A stretch of 64,000 bases of DNA from contig NW_024704742.1 in the NCBI RefSeq assembly GCF_018977255.1, positions 558,001-622,000 of the forward strand, in the 5' to 3' direction. This document shows, piece after piece, positions 37,590 to 50,406 of the stretch. The first letter of the stretch is position 1; each line of letters opens with the position of its first letter. This stretch comes from Callorhinchus milii (taxonomy: Eukaryota). Both the position numbers and the translations under genes were made by a program. The notes beneath the pieces are model-generated. The model saw only the letters and a program-made list of their open reading frames with translations. It did no database searches and was not told where the DNA came from.

Positions 37590-37845
37590 TTTTGTCTCGG
37601 AATTCGAATGCTCTGCCCCAGAAGCCGTTAGAGGCAGAATCAATTAGAAGGGAGATAAAAGCCTGCCTCTACGATCTCTCCAAGAGAGAAGTAAGATAAT
37701 TATTTGGAGAGGACAAGTTTGCAGGGCTATGGGGAGAGAGTGGGGGAATGGGATTGAATTGGATAGCTCTTTTCAAAGAGCCTTCACAGACATGATGGGC
37801 CGAATGGCCTCCTTCTGTGCTGTATAGTTCTATGATTCTATCTAC
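37590..37845 (+). mobile_element. CR1 LINE 3' end
   Basis: GATGGGCCGAATGGCCTCCTTCTGTGCTGTA...TTCTATGATTCTAT tail. Confidence 0.85.
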
Positions 37846-39779
37846 AGTATTACTGTTATTAATACTGTTATTTCGTCTGTCTCTACAACGTTGGTGGTGT
37901 ACTGCACTGCGTGCTTTTGCCTTTCCCCTGGATTTCCGTGCCCCCCCCACCCCTTTATTTGTTTTTTTTTAATATGAATTGCACTGCTGAGGAATTGCTC
38001 TCTTCACCTGTCCGGCTGTTTAACTGTAATTCTGGGCTGCAGAAGGAGACCAATGGGGTCCGTATGAGGTTGTAATCAGCAACGCGCTTGTCTTGCCAGA
38101 CATCCAGAGAGTGGTTTTGTGCACATTTGAAAGTAACTTGTGAAGATACTGACGGTCATCGGTGCAAGGGGGGAGCAACTTCGCATCAAACGCCAATCGC
38201 TCCGTAGATTCTCCAAAGCAAGTGTTGCGGAGATGGAAGAAATTGGATTTGCTCAGAGCCTGGAAGAAAGATTTAAAGGAGAGTTGAGGATCGAGGTTCT
38301 GCATCTGCAGGTGGATGTGGTCCAGTGCTGAGATGAGAAGTCCAAAGCTTGCGAGTGACCCACATCCTACCATTCAGTCCCACAACCCATCATGTTTTGA
38401 CACCAATACACTGCTCTCCTGCTACTGTGGCCAACAATCCTCCGGATAAGTTGGGCCGTTATTTCGTCTCTCATTTGTGGAAACCTGCTGTCAAAAATGC
38501 ACGCTGTTTGTGGCAATAAAAAAGGCATTACACTTGATAGCAATTACCCTCCAACAATGCAACACTTTAACTGCTATGAGCTGCAAGTCTCAACGAGAGA
38601 ATAAAGTTTAAACTTCCTCAATAATCAAGCATCGTTTCCTAAACTCTGCACCCCAATCATATTTCAGTGTAATGTTTTGATTCCAACATATTTGGTGTGC
38701 AAGTGTATCTTATTGGGAGAAATATTACGCCTCGAGCTTGTGGATACAGGACTAATCCCGTAATAAAAAGAAATTTGTATTACATCTGGGAATTATTTAT
38801 TGGAAAAAAAATCATACGAAACTAATTCAGGTGTTATAATAGGTTAGTAGACTGACCTCATTGGCTGCTACATTTCATCCATAAAACACTGCCAATCCAC
38901 TTTACAATATAATCTGTGAAGCGCTTTGAGACGTCTCAATGACACGAGAAGGTGCTATATCAAATACAAGGATTATTATTATTTTTTCACATCTGGGACT
39001 TGGATCCAAATTCAGAACAAAATGACAGGACGAAAGCTTCCCCTCCCTGCCGTCTACCAGCACATAGGAAAGGAGTCGACAATTAATTGTTAGTATTTTG
39101 CCAATTACATGTTTTCCTTTAAGTCGTTTGTATCCCATTTATTTATGTATATTACTCTCTGTATGATTTTCTTTTTTTTAAATATAAACTTTGTCCTCTT
39201 TTCTCATCTTTCCATCTCCCACCTCCGTTCCTGTCAATGTCTTCGCTACCTATTAATCACATCCTGTCTTTGTGCTCCTCCACATTAATGTCCCTGCTCC
39301 AAAAATCACAGGACCTGGTTAGTTGACCAGTGCAACTATGTGCGAGTTGCTTTGATCATTGTGACCTTCCAACAGCTGCTGCTACTGTAATAATATCCAC
39401 GTAGTAACATGGATATTTCTATTAACTATGTTAGAAATTGCTCAGAAAAGCCAAAGTCAATATTTCAGTTTACACTAACTGCCCCGAGCTAAGGTTTCGC
39501 AAACCAAATATTTTGTTTACTGAATATGTCAGGTATTTGAAACATTTACAGGCACTGGGATTAAAAGATGGACGCAGCTTAGCAATTTATTTATATTGTT
39601 AGATAAAAACGGAATGAAGATTTTTGACAGGTTCATTTTTTTGGACCATTAATATTGATGTGTTAGGTGATCCTACATGGACCATGATTCAGCGGTCACT
39701 CACTCCATGGCTGTTTGTGGGACGCTGCTGTGTGCATTGTCTGCCAGGTTTCACCACCCACAAAATAAACAGTCAATCA

Positions 39780-40250
39780 ACAACAAGATTACATTTGTAT
39801 AGCGCCTTTCACGTCGGGAGGATGTCCCAAGGTGCTGGACAGAGTACAGCATTTTAGACCCGAGCTGGGGTTGGGGGGGAAGGGAAGGGAGGTGAAGGGG
39901 GTGGTGGCCGATGGCGTGGTTGAAGAGGAGGGTCTTGAGGCGGAACTTGAAGAAGGCTAAGGAGGGGGCGAGGCGGAGTGACTGGGGGATGGAGTTCTAG
40001 AGGTTGGGGGTAGAGTGGCTGAAGGCTCTCCCGCCAATGGTGGGGCGGGTGGGGCGGGGGACGTGGAGCAGCCAGAGACGGCTGAGCGGAGGGAGCGGGC
40101 GGGTTGGCAGGGGGTTAGGAGGTCGCAGAGGTAGGGTGGGGCAAGGCCGTGGAGGGCTTTGTAGGTGAGGACCAGGATCTTGAACTGGATCCTCTGAAGG
40201 ATAGGGAGCCAATGGAGTTGGGCGAGAGTGGGGGAGATGGGGTCACAGAT
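39780..40250 (-). mobile_element. L2-clade LINE 3' fragment
   Basis: Antisense tail plus RT C-terminal sequence (PTRPTIGGRAFSHS). Confidence 0.85.
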
Positions 40251-41759
40251 GGGGTCATGAATCTAAGCATGACATTTAGCGTAAATCCTGTTAAGAGCTT
40301 TGAGAGGTTCTTCCCACGTAAAAACCGCTATATCAAATGCACGGGTTATTATTATTATTGCCAATATTTGAATGAGACAAACAAATGGTTTGGATAAATT
40401 CTTGCTCTGTGAGGAATGACCTTATGCAGCACCACTGATCATATTTGCTCCTGAAATCGTTTGAAGTTGCAGCTTTATAACATCAAATAAGACATGAAAA
40501 TGTGAAAGCCACATCATAACGTTAGCACTGGCACAGACTCCTCCGCAAGTGACCAACGTTGGATGGAGTTTTTGGATGAAGCTGTTTCACATTGGCTCGC
40601 TCAATAGCGATTCTCAATTCCATTTCACTAAATGGCCTCAGTTTGGGTCCAAGTAAACAGTAACACACTGTCAATTCCCAAAAAATGATTTCACATTTGG
40701 AAGCTACACTTTTTTTTATTAAAAAAAATAAAAACTCGTTTGGCATTGCCACATTTTCCTTAACCTTTTAAAATCTGCAATAAAACCATCTTGCATTCAC
40801 CTCTTGGATACAACACTGAACATTACGACTGGGTTTTAGAATGCGATGGGCAGCTTTTCATGCTGTGCAGAAATGACATTTATTTTTTAAAAAATTCAAA
40901 AATCATCCATTTTCAGTTTCGCCTTTCATGTATAATACTCTTCATGCATTTACACACGCAGTAGTACATTTTAAAGTAGGTTTCTTTAGGAATCACCCTG
41001 TTAATGGAACATCCCTGTGTTATTCTTTGACATTTATGTGATTACTTAACAAGACACATTTATGAATTTTTGAATATTATTTATGATAACATAAATAAAT
41101 ATAAATGTAACATCTTTCTGAAAAAAGAGTATTACAAAGAAAGATAAATCCCAAATGTTGTTCCTGAACACAGTTAAATTCAAGGCTACACAAACTAGTA
41201 ATTTGGATGAGAATGACCTACTTCTTGCCAGAACTCCTTCCCAAACCCTTATTCATTTGGAGCAATGTAGCCAGAATGTCAGTCCTCTATACGATCATGA
41301 CCAGGCAGATGTTTAAAGGGAAAGTGTATTCCTTCTGAACATTCAAATAGTCTTAATTGTTTTACAGATATTTTTATACTTACTATGTCTCTCAGCTATC
41401 CACGTTCCAAGTAGGGATGAGGGATCCGATTTTCCATCATCTCAAACCAGCTGATTGCTTGGTGGACCTTCTGCCTGGGGTACTACCAAGCCACCACCTT
41501 CTCCTCAACATCCAATTGACTGCAGAATAACCATAATATACCTGTTTTATAGGTATCCAATGGACGCTCTTAATCTATCTTTGTCTGAAGCCAATACTCT
41601 TGTATAATTGAAGTGCTAACCACATATTCCACTCAAGCAAATCTTGAACCATGTTGCTCGTGTTGCGGGCAAATTCAGGTGAGCAATTTGACTTTATCCT
41701 TTTCGATGTCCATTAATAAGCTTTAGTTAGACACAGCTGTCCTTCCTTCCCCACATTGG

Positions 41760-42373
41760 GTTCCTGACCAGGACCGCCTTCCTCCACCTCATTTACCTTA
41801 CCCAACACACAGCAGAAACATTCATCCATATGTTTATCACCTCATCAACTTTTCAAATGCCCTCTTTGCCGGTCACCCCAGCTCCACCATACACGGCATC
41901 CAGCTGATTCAAAACTCCGTCGCCCGCGAACTCACCCACACTAAACTCCAGTTCTAGCCGGACTCCACTGGCTCCCTAATGCCAAACGGATCGATTTCAA
42001 GATCCTCACACTCGTTTTCAAATTCCTTCATGCCCTGGCACCTCCCTCCCTCTCTGATCTATTCAGCCCCCAACCCACAACCTGTTGCCTCCGCTCGACT
42101 GGCTCTGGCTTCCTGCTTGTCCCTTGATCCCTCCGTTCCACCATTGGTGGCTGAACTTTGAGCCACTGTACCCCAAAACTCTGGAACACTCTCCTCTTTC
42201 CCTCCACCTTGCCCCTTCCTTCCCCATCTTCAGGTCATGCCTGAAGACCTTCCTATTCGACCATACCTAAGGTCACTCCCCTCTCCCCCCGGTTCGGTAT
42301 CAGGCTCTGCCACTGTCAAGTGCTCCTGGACGCTACCCTGTGTGAGCGGCGATATATAAAGACAAGTTGTTGT
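41760..42373 (+). mobile_element. L2-clade LINE 3' fragment
   Basis: FRSCLKTFLFDHT peptide; tail ATATAAAGACAAGTTGTTGT. Confidence 0.8.
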
Positions 42374-43004
42374 AGTTAAATAAGCACTTGGTCCTTTTAA
42401 TGAGAATCATCTTATGAGTTTACTTTTAAGAAGATTTTTTTTATCAAACATGGTGATAAAAACAGTCTTCTCAATCCCCCCAAAATCTCTCTTAATGCAT
42501 TGACAATTGGGTTTAAAATGCAACCGTCACAACCTAGATTCTCAAAGGAATCTTAGATATCAAATTCTGCCAGCAACCAGATTTTTGATTGAATTCCTGT
42601 GAGTCAGGATGATGTACACCCACTAGGTTTCAATATTTACAAATCACTTACGAATACTGTTGCAAATTACTTTGTTTTCAACCAAAGCGGAACAAATATC
42701 ATGAGTATTTCATGCCCTTAACATCAACAAGTAAGCAATCCCAGGTCAGGTAATATGAAATGAGAAAATATGTACATCACACAGACAAATAGCTTCAGAA
42801 ATCTCAGTGAAAGATTGGATCGTCCATTGTGGCTGTGTGAGGAATAAGAACATGGGGCAGATCCCTGTGTAAATGAATGTGAGGAACTGGAACTTTGCAG
42901 TGGATTCTGGAACAAACAAGAACGCTGCAATGAATCAGTGTGAGAAACAAAGGCGTTGGAAATAATCCTTTATTGTGGTAAATCTCCACTATGAATGAGA
43001 AGAT

Positions 43005-43400
43005 CAGCTTGGCTCAGTGGCAGCCCTCTTGCCTCTGAGTCCAAAGCACTACATCGGGAGTTGGAACCATATAGTCTAAGCTGACACTCCCATGCAGCGT
43101 TGGGAGTGTGTTGCAATATCCGCCGTTCCATCTTTCGGATGAGACGTTAAACTGAGATCCCGTCTGTTCGAATTGAAAAGAGAAGGGAGTTTCTCTCTCC
43201 CGGTGTCCTGGCCAACAATCCCCAGAATAAAGTTAGTCACTCACTCCATGGCTGTTTGTGGGACATTGCTGTGTGCAAATTGATTGCTGCGTTTCACCCA
43301 TAAAATACAGTCAATCCTCTTTACAGTATATCCTGTGAAGCACTTTGAGAACGTCACAGCCGACGTGATAAGGTGCTGTATCAAATGCAAGGATATTATT
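43005..43400 (+). mobile_element. DeuSINE-type SINE (tRNA head + Deu-like core + shared tail)
   Basis: TGGCTCAGTGG A box, Deu-like core, and a tail shared with the other SINE family; followed by an inverted SINE tail at about 43460-43545. Confidence 0.75.
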
Positions 43401-45039
43401 GTTATATTAGTATTATTATTATTGTCATGAAATGCAAGAAGTGGGAAAACCGCAATATCATAATAATAATAATAATAATCCTTCCATTTGATATAACGCA
43501 TTTCACGTCTTCCAGACGTCTCAAAGCGCTTCACAGAATAGACTCCAAGAAATAAGAGCGTGGCAGAGAATCCTTGAAACACGGGAGCGAGAGAACTAAA
43601 TCGGAAATAATAATGAGACGTCTCCCTCCAAGGAATAAATATTATTAGGAAAAAAAAACAACTTTGTAGCGAGTTGATACTAAAAATACGGTGGTCGATC
43701 ATTTCAAACATGTAGAGCATTACAACAGTTACCAGCAATAAAACAACAGCGGCCTAATCTCTGAGGAGACAATGGCTATTGCAAGGCAACAAGAACTTGG
43801 CCACAGAAATACGAGCAGTGCAATGAACTCCTCGGAAATGTCATATAATATTTTTGCCCACAAACTATACGGTCAATTCACTTTACAGTATATATTCTGT
43901 GAAGTGCTTTCGAACATCTTGCAGACTTGATAAGGCGCTATATCAAATCCAAGGATTATTATTGTTATATTATTACACAACGACTGTAGAAACTGATAAT
44001 ACTGGGATGTCCTCTCGATGTGAAACGTGCTTTACAAATGTAATTTTGTTGTTATTTTGTTGTATTGTGTTAAATCCAAGCGAAATCCAAGGACAGTAGT
44101 TGCAAAGCTTTGAGATTAGAAATTTGAGAAATAATAACATCCGAGTGCATTCGTACAGTTGGAGGGGGGATATATGATAGTCACATATGATATAGTTCCT
44201 TTCATGTTGGGAGAACATCTAAAAGTATTTCACAGGATTTAATGGAAAGTATAGTGACTGGGTATTATATAGGTGAATGCAGAAGCCAATTTGTACACGG
44301 CAATTGCATTTTAATGTCCTTCAAATATGTTTTATATTGTGGCTTTTATAGACCCCCATATCTCTTGAACAAGAAGTGGTGTGAAATACTTTCCTTCTCA
44401 CAGGTATACACCTCAGCAACATTTTATATATGCATACGAATACAATATCGGGGGCACAATTTGCAATATTACTTGTGTAACATAGGGAATGCTTCAAAGA
44501 ATATCACAACAATGTTCTACTCTTTATACATTAGTGACTCATAAAAATTAATGACCTGAATTTGCAGATCCAATTTGAAGCAATTGAGAAGAATGGTGTC
44601 TTACATGGCTGCTGAAGTCATGTTCCACTGATAGAACTGCAGACTGTGAAATCACTGTTGGATGCTCCTCTTCACCCAACAAAAGATATAATTCGGGCAA
44701 TGATTCAACTGTACGTCTTGTCTCATTTACCAGCCTGTCCCCATGGGTCCCAATGATAAAAAAAAAGAGGAAGTGGGGGGTGGGAGGGGGGGGCGTATTC
44801 CAAACAATTAATAACACATGTTTATTCGTAGCCGGTGAAATCTAATACCAAATGTGTAGTAGTACTACCATCTGATTCAACCTCACTAAGTGTAAAAAAG
44901 GACATTGATTTGCCAGCTTGGTCCTTGCTCCTGTCAGCTACTTTACACACCCGTGGTGAAGATGGACAATTTTCACCAGGAAGGAATTTTTAATGCATAT
45001 TGTGTTTAAATATGTTTAACCGGACACTTTAATGATGAG

Positions 45040-45957
45040 ACTTTTATTTAAATATCAATATCATCCAGTAATGCTAAAGGACTGCTGCATGTTTTGGGGG
45101 TTTTCCCACAATTGCCTAATTGTCTGTGTAAAAAAAAGTATTGGCAAAGTGCCATTGTTCTTATCCTTTAATTGTAAATACAGTAATAATGAGCAATTGT
45201 TCAGTGTTACAGTGGCAGGAAAGGCCAGTCAGTTGGCAGTTTCACTCGATAATCGCTCTGATCCTACATTCTTATGCATGATGTACCAGTTGGAAATTGT
45301 CTCAGTGAATTAGACTCCAAGCCAAAATTAAGACAGAGATATATTTTACAAAAGAACTACGCAGGTTGAGTGAAAGGAATTAATTGCAATGGGGCATGTT
45401 CCGGGTGTACAGATGCTTTTGGTCGGTCATTAGATCTACACTTGCAGGATCTTTAGAAGACTACCACAAACTGCTACTCGACTATGTTTTGTCGTTGACA
45501 AATATTAACACTTTCATTTAAAAAAGCCAAAATCATCCAGTAATGGCAAAGGAATGCTGCAAGGTTAGGATTTGTCCCACAAGTGCTTAACTGTGTGTGT
45601 AAAAAAAATTGGCAAGTACCGTTGGTCTTATCCTTTAATTATAAATACAGTAATAATGAGCTAGTGTTTAGTGTTACAGTGACAGGAAAGACAGGTCACT
45701 TGACAGTTTCAGTAGATAATCTCTCTGATCCTATATTTGGAAATTGTCTCAGTAAATGGTTCCTTGAGTCTCCAAACCAAAATTACGACACATAGATATA
45801 TATTTTTTTACAAAATAACTATACAGCTAATTGCACTGGGCATGTTCCACTCGTACAGGTGTTTCTGGGTAGATGGCCAGTCATACGATCTGCACTTGTA
45901 CGGTCATTAGGAGACCACCACAAACTACTACTCTGGGCTCTATGTTTTGTAGTTGGC
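45040..45957. repeat. Diverged tandem duplication, two units of about 460 bp
   Basis: Collinear shared blocks such as ATCATCCAGTAATG (45059/45532), CTTATCCTTTAATT..AAATACAGTAATAATGAGC and CCACAAACT.CTACTC..CTATGTTTTGT.GTTG. Confidence 0.9.
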
Positions 45958-46723
45958 TGGAAATAACAGAGTGGTAGCACCTCACTGAATTCACCGGCAT
46001 TCTCAATAAGGTCAGATGTAGCCCTGTTTTCTCCAAACCATTCCTTCAGCAACCACCACAGTTTCCTTTCCATTAAGCTCTGCCTCCGAGATCCTTCGCA
46101 GCCTCCTTATGTTTCAGTCCGGCTTGTGATATTCTCTGCTGCATTCTCTCTTTTTATCGTCTCAATACGTCTCAAAGGACTTCGAGGTAATACAATCAGG
46201 TGCAATGAATGTATTGTAGGCAAATACAACAGTAGGGATTTGCACCAGCAAGGTAATAAAGTGAATCGCCAGCTTTGTTGGCCAAGACACTAGAAAGAAC
46301 CCCATTGTCTTTTCAAAGTAGTACTTAATGAACATCTTTGATAAGGTTGTTATGTAAATACTGTATGTTATTTTGATGCTGTACATAACTCGCATCATCT
46401 GAAATGGAGCCAAGTGTTGATTTAACGGCTAAAGGCATAATTTGTCAAAAGACGTATTTTGGATTTTTTTGTATAAACAGTATTTAAGTAACCTGAGGTT
46501 ACTCGGGTATTTTTCCTGCCATAAAAACATATTTTTCTCCCTCTTCTCTCCTGTCGTCTTCTTATCCATTTTATTTCCCCACCCCTCCCCAATCCCGAGG
46601 TCCAAACAGGCAGGTGACCAAACAACCCGAGCACCTGGCAATATCAATTGCTGGGAGATGTAATGTTGGGTTTACTCAGTCTAGATCACTAAATACAGAC
46701 CCAGATCATCACATATGTAACTA

Positions 46724-46975
46724 GTGGAGTCCTGTAGCTCAGTGGTTAGCGCACTCGCCTCACAAGCGAGAAGGCCTGGGTGCGATTCCCAGGCATTGGA
46801 CAAGTTTCCTTACTCCACACGCCTCCGTTTACCTCGCAGTAAGTAGGAACCTGTTTGTTAGTTGATTGGTGGATCGCTGTTCTGGAAGTAATAATTCCCT
46901 TTTTAAAAAAAAAAAAATTGGTACCTCAATCCACAACTGTCTGTGGGCCGCTGCTGTGTGCAATTGTCCGCCACC
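46724..46975 (+). mobile_element. tRNA-derived SINE (long variant, 3' truncated)
   Basis: GTGGAGTCCTGTAGCTCAGTGGTTAG head. Confidence 0.88.
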
Positions 46976-47845
46976 CTTCCCGATTCCGACCCTCAGCTGA
47001 GTTCAGGATGAATTGAAATGATATATTGTTTAGTTTGGCTGAGTTCATGTTTTGTAATGCAAAGTTTCTGATATCATGTATTGGAGATAAATGTCAGAAA
47101 CCAGATCTAAAGCCGTGTGTCCAGAGAATACTTTACCACAGGATGTAAAGGAAAGTGAATGAAGTGACATTGAGTGTAATGTCCAACATATTTGACCAAT
47201 AAACTCTCTCTCCTTTACTTCGTGTCGCCATGTAACACCTCGTCAAAGAATTTCCAGACATTTTTCCCCTCCGGGTTATCTTTGACCGGAACGAAGCACA
47301 ACACAACTTCATCCGATCTCTCCTGGAAGGTAAACCTTGAACTCCAAAAGTCTTCCCACTCCGTGAATTTGTAAGCCGGACATTTTTCTGAAAATTTAGT
47401 AAAAACTTTGTCCTTCATTGTGGTGTGTGGGTAAAAAAAAACACACACAACACACCTCACCTCCATGGAAAGGGGAAGGTGTTTTCAGAAGACTGCTCAC
47501 TGGTTTGGTGCCTGAATCAGTTGTGCCAATTGGGACCTGTCCCACAGCAGGAAAGTTGGTCCAGTCCAGTGTTACAATGAGGGAAAGCCTTGGACTGTCA
47601 GGGTCAGTGTTCTCTCTATTATTAACAGATGCTCTTTCTCAGTTCACTTTGGGATCACATATTCCAAATCGTGTTTCAAGAACTTCAACAAAAACGATTC
47701 CGCGCAGCGCTGCATAAATATTTAGAAAGACATCAGTTTGGCTGTGACTCATTTGCTGCCATTGCTCCTATATGTTTCACTGGTGGACACTTCCCCACTG
47801 ATTCCTCTCCTGTATGCACTGTGCTATAGATATACACAGTATTGG

Positions 47846-48607
47846 TGAGGGGAGGGGAGGGGGGAGGGAATGGGAAGGGAGGGGAGGGGGGGGAGGGAAT
47901 GGGAAGGGAGGGGAGGGGGGAGGGAATGGGAAGGGAGGGGAGGGGGGGAGGGAATGGGAAGGGAGGGAGGAATGGGAAGGGGAGGGGAGGGGGGGAGGGG
48001 AATGGGAAGGGGAGGGAATGGGAACGAAGTGTTTGTTGAACATCTGAATGAGGAGAAATCTTGTGCGGATCATACAAAAGGGATACAAGTGAATACAAAT
48101 TCCTTTGTAATCAGCAATCCCCCCACCCCCAACTCCCCCTCCCCTCCCTCCCCCTCCCCCCCTCTCTCCCCTACCCCCAACTCTCCCTCCCCTCCCCTCT
48201 CCCTCCCCTCCCTCCCCTCCCCCCCTCCTCTCTCCCCCTCCCTCCTCTCTCCCCCCTCCCTCCCCTCCCCCCTCTCCCCCCCTCCCTCCCTCTCCCCCCT
48301 CTCTCCTCTCTCCCTTCCCTCCCCCTCCCTCCTCCCCTCCCCTCCCTCCCTCTCCCCCTCCCTCCCTCCTCTCTCCCCTCCCTCCCCCTCTCTCCCCTCC
48401 CCTCCCTCTCTCCCCTCCCTCCTCCCTCTCTCCTCTCTCCCTTCCCTCTCCCCTCCCTACCCCCTCTCTCCCTCCCCTCTCCCTCCCCTCTCCCTCCCTC
48501 CCCTCTCCCCTCCCCCCTACCCCCTCCCTCCCCTCCCCTCCCCCCTCCCTCTCCCTCCCTCTCTCCCCCTCCCTTTTCCTTCTCCCTCTGGGAACCCCCC
48601 CCCCCCC
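47846..48607. repeat. Polypurine tract (47846-48022) and polypyrimidine tract (48118-48607)
   Basis: (GGGAATGGGAAGGGAGGGGAGGGG)n, then about 95 bp of unique sequence, then a C/T-only tract. Confidence 0.95.
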
Positions 48608-48609
48608 AG

Positions 48610-49278
48610 TGTGCTGGGCGCTTGCGCACTGGGCGATTTGGGCTGAGCTCTCGGTCCAGGTTCAGGGATTTTACGCGATTCCCGACAATTGGCTTCTCCA
48701 GTTATTGCCACCAACCGGGAAATTGGGGGGGGGGGGAGAGAGAGGGTTAGAGAGAGGGGGAGAGAGTTAGGGAGAGAGAGGAGGAAAAGTTGTGCGAAGT
48801 TCAGGCAACAGATGGAAAGCCGTTCCTGGGCGTAAAGCGCAGTTGGAGCGAAGCAGAAGCAGAGACCCTCGCGCTTCCCACAGGGAGTCGGTGGGGGGGA
48901 CGGGGGGACGGGGGGGGGCGGGAATATTACAGTATAGTATATTTATATCGGTACACAGGGCACCGGGAGCGAGAGCTTCGCTTTGGGGGGAAGGACCACA
49001 AAAAAAAAGAAATCGAAAGTGGGAGCGGGAGGAGGAGAGCGGAATCCGTGCCAACAAAGTGCAGTCCGGGTCCACATGAGGGGATAAGAGAGGACGCGGG
49101 GAAGGAGGGAGTGTGAGAGTAAAGGAGAGGCGACTGGGAGAGGAGGAGAGGGAGAGAGGAGGAGAAGACAGGAGAAGGAGAGAGAGAGACAGAGAGAGAC
49201 AGAGAGAGAGAGAGGGGACATTATAGAGCGCGTTGCTCCTGTCCCACGCGGGGAGGGGAGAGGAGAGGAGGGAGAGGG
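48610..49278 (+). promoter_or_regulatory. FGF2 GC-rich promoter / 5' UTR region
   Basis: CpG-enriched with GC boxes and a purine-rich leader directly upstream of the FGF2 ATG; transcription start not determinable. Confidence 0.6.
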
Positions 49279-49468
49279 ATGGCGGCGGCTGGAGCAGCGG
49301 CCGGAGCTATAGGGACTCTGCCCTCTCTGCCCGAGTCCGACCCCAACCCCTTCCCACCGGGAGCCTTCAAGGATCCCAAGAGACTGTACTGCAAAAACGG
49401 CGGCTACTTCCTCAGGATCCTTCCCGACGGGAGAGTGGACGGTACCCGCGAGAGGAGCGACACCCGCA
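49279..49468 (+). CDS. FGF2: Fibroblast growth factor 2, coding exon 1 (gene continues beyond window)
   Basis: [63 protein letters not shown] with the FGF2 hallmark [13 protein letters not shown]; phase-1 donor A|gtaagt at the conserved position. Confidence 0.97.
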
Positions 49469-50189
49469 GTAAGTTACCCCCTCGGCTTCTCTCCTCTCTC
49501 CCCCCCATTTAACTCTGTACAGGGAATGTATTACCCCCTATTATTACCCCCTCACAAACTCCCCCCCCGACTCAGCCCCATCCTGAGCATTTATTCTTCC
49601 CATCGTTTATTCCGCCCCCACCAGTAAAATCGCGCTCCCATTTATCTCCACCTCATCCTGAGAATATCCCCCCTCCTCCCCCCCCTCCCCCCTCCTCCCC
49701 CCCCTCCCCCCCATTATACCTGCGGTATATTTCCCATATCCCTCTCATGTCCCCTCCCAATCTTGGGAATTGTATCTTCCCCTCCGCCCAACCAACCCCT
49801 AACCCCCCCCCCCCCCCCCCCACACACCACACATTTATTTCCCCCTATTTATTCCCCCAAAACATCCTGGGACCGTATTCCCCCCTATTTACCCCCCTCA
49901 GCCACACATATCCTGGGAATCTCCCCCCCACATTCAGGGAATGTTTTTCCCCATTTGTCTCCACTCTGGTCTCCCTGTTCCCTGGGAAATCCCAGGTCCA
50001 GGTTGACTCACTTCGCTTTCCTCATTGGGTTCAGGACGACATTGAGGGATGGAGGGAGGGGGGTGGAGGGAGGGAGGGAGGGGAGAGGGATGGAGGGATG
50101 GAGGGAGGGAGAGGGAGAACCCGCCCTGGTGGAAAATTTAAACAAACAATGATTTTTGGGGTTTGTTTAAATCTCCCATCAGATCACGT

Positions 50190-50406
50190 TCTGTCTCCAT
50201 CCCTCTCTCTCCATCCCTCCATCTCTCTCTCTCTCCATCCCTCCATCTCTCTCTCTCTCCATCCCTCCATCTCTCTCTCTCCCATCCCTCCATCTCTCTC
50301 TCTCCATCCCTCTCTCTCTTCTCTCTCTCCATCACCCCATCTCTCTCTCTCTCTCCATCCCTCCATCCCTCTCTCTCTCTTCTCTCTCTCTCTCTCCCTC
50401 TCTCTC
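50190..50406. repeat. (CTCTCTCTCCATCCCTCCAT)-type pyrimidine minisatellite
   Basis: Direct inspection. Confidence 0.9.

Noticed and set aside
44700..44770. IIGTHGD resembling a Roc-GTPase G4 motif
   Set aside because: No P-loop or DFAGQ motif nearby; a 7-residue match is insufficient.
47842..48750. Pro/Ser/Leu- and Gly/Arg/Glu-rich ORFs
   Set aside because: Low-complexity purine and pyrimidine tracts.
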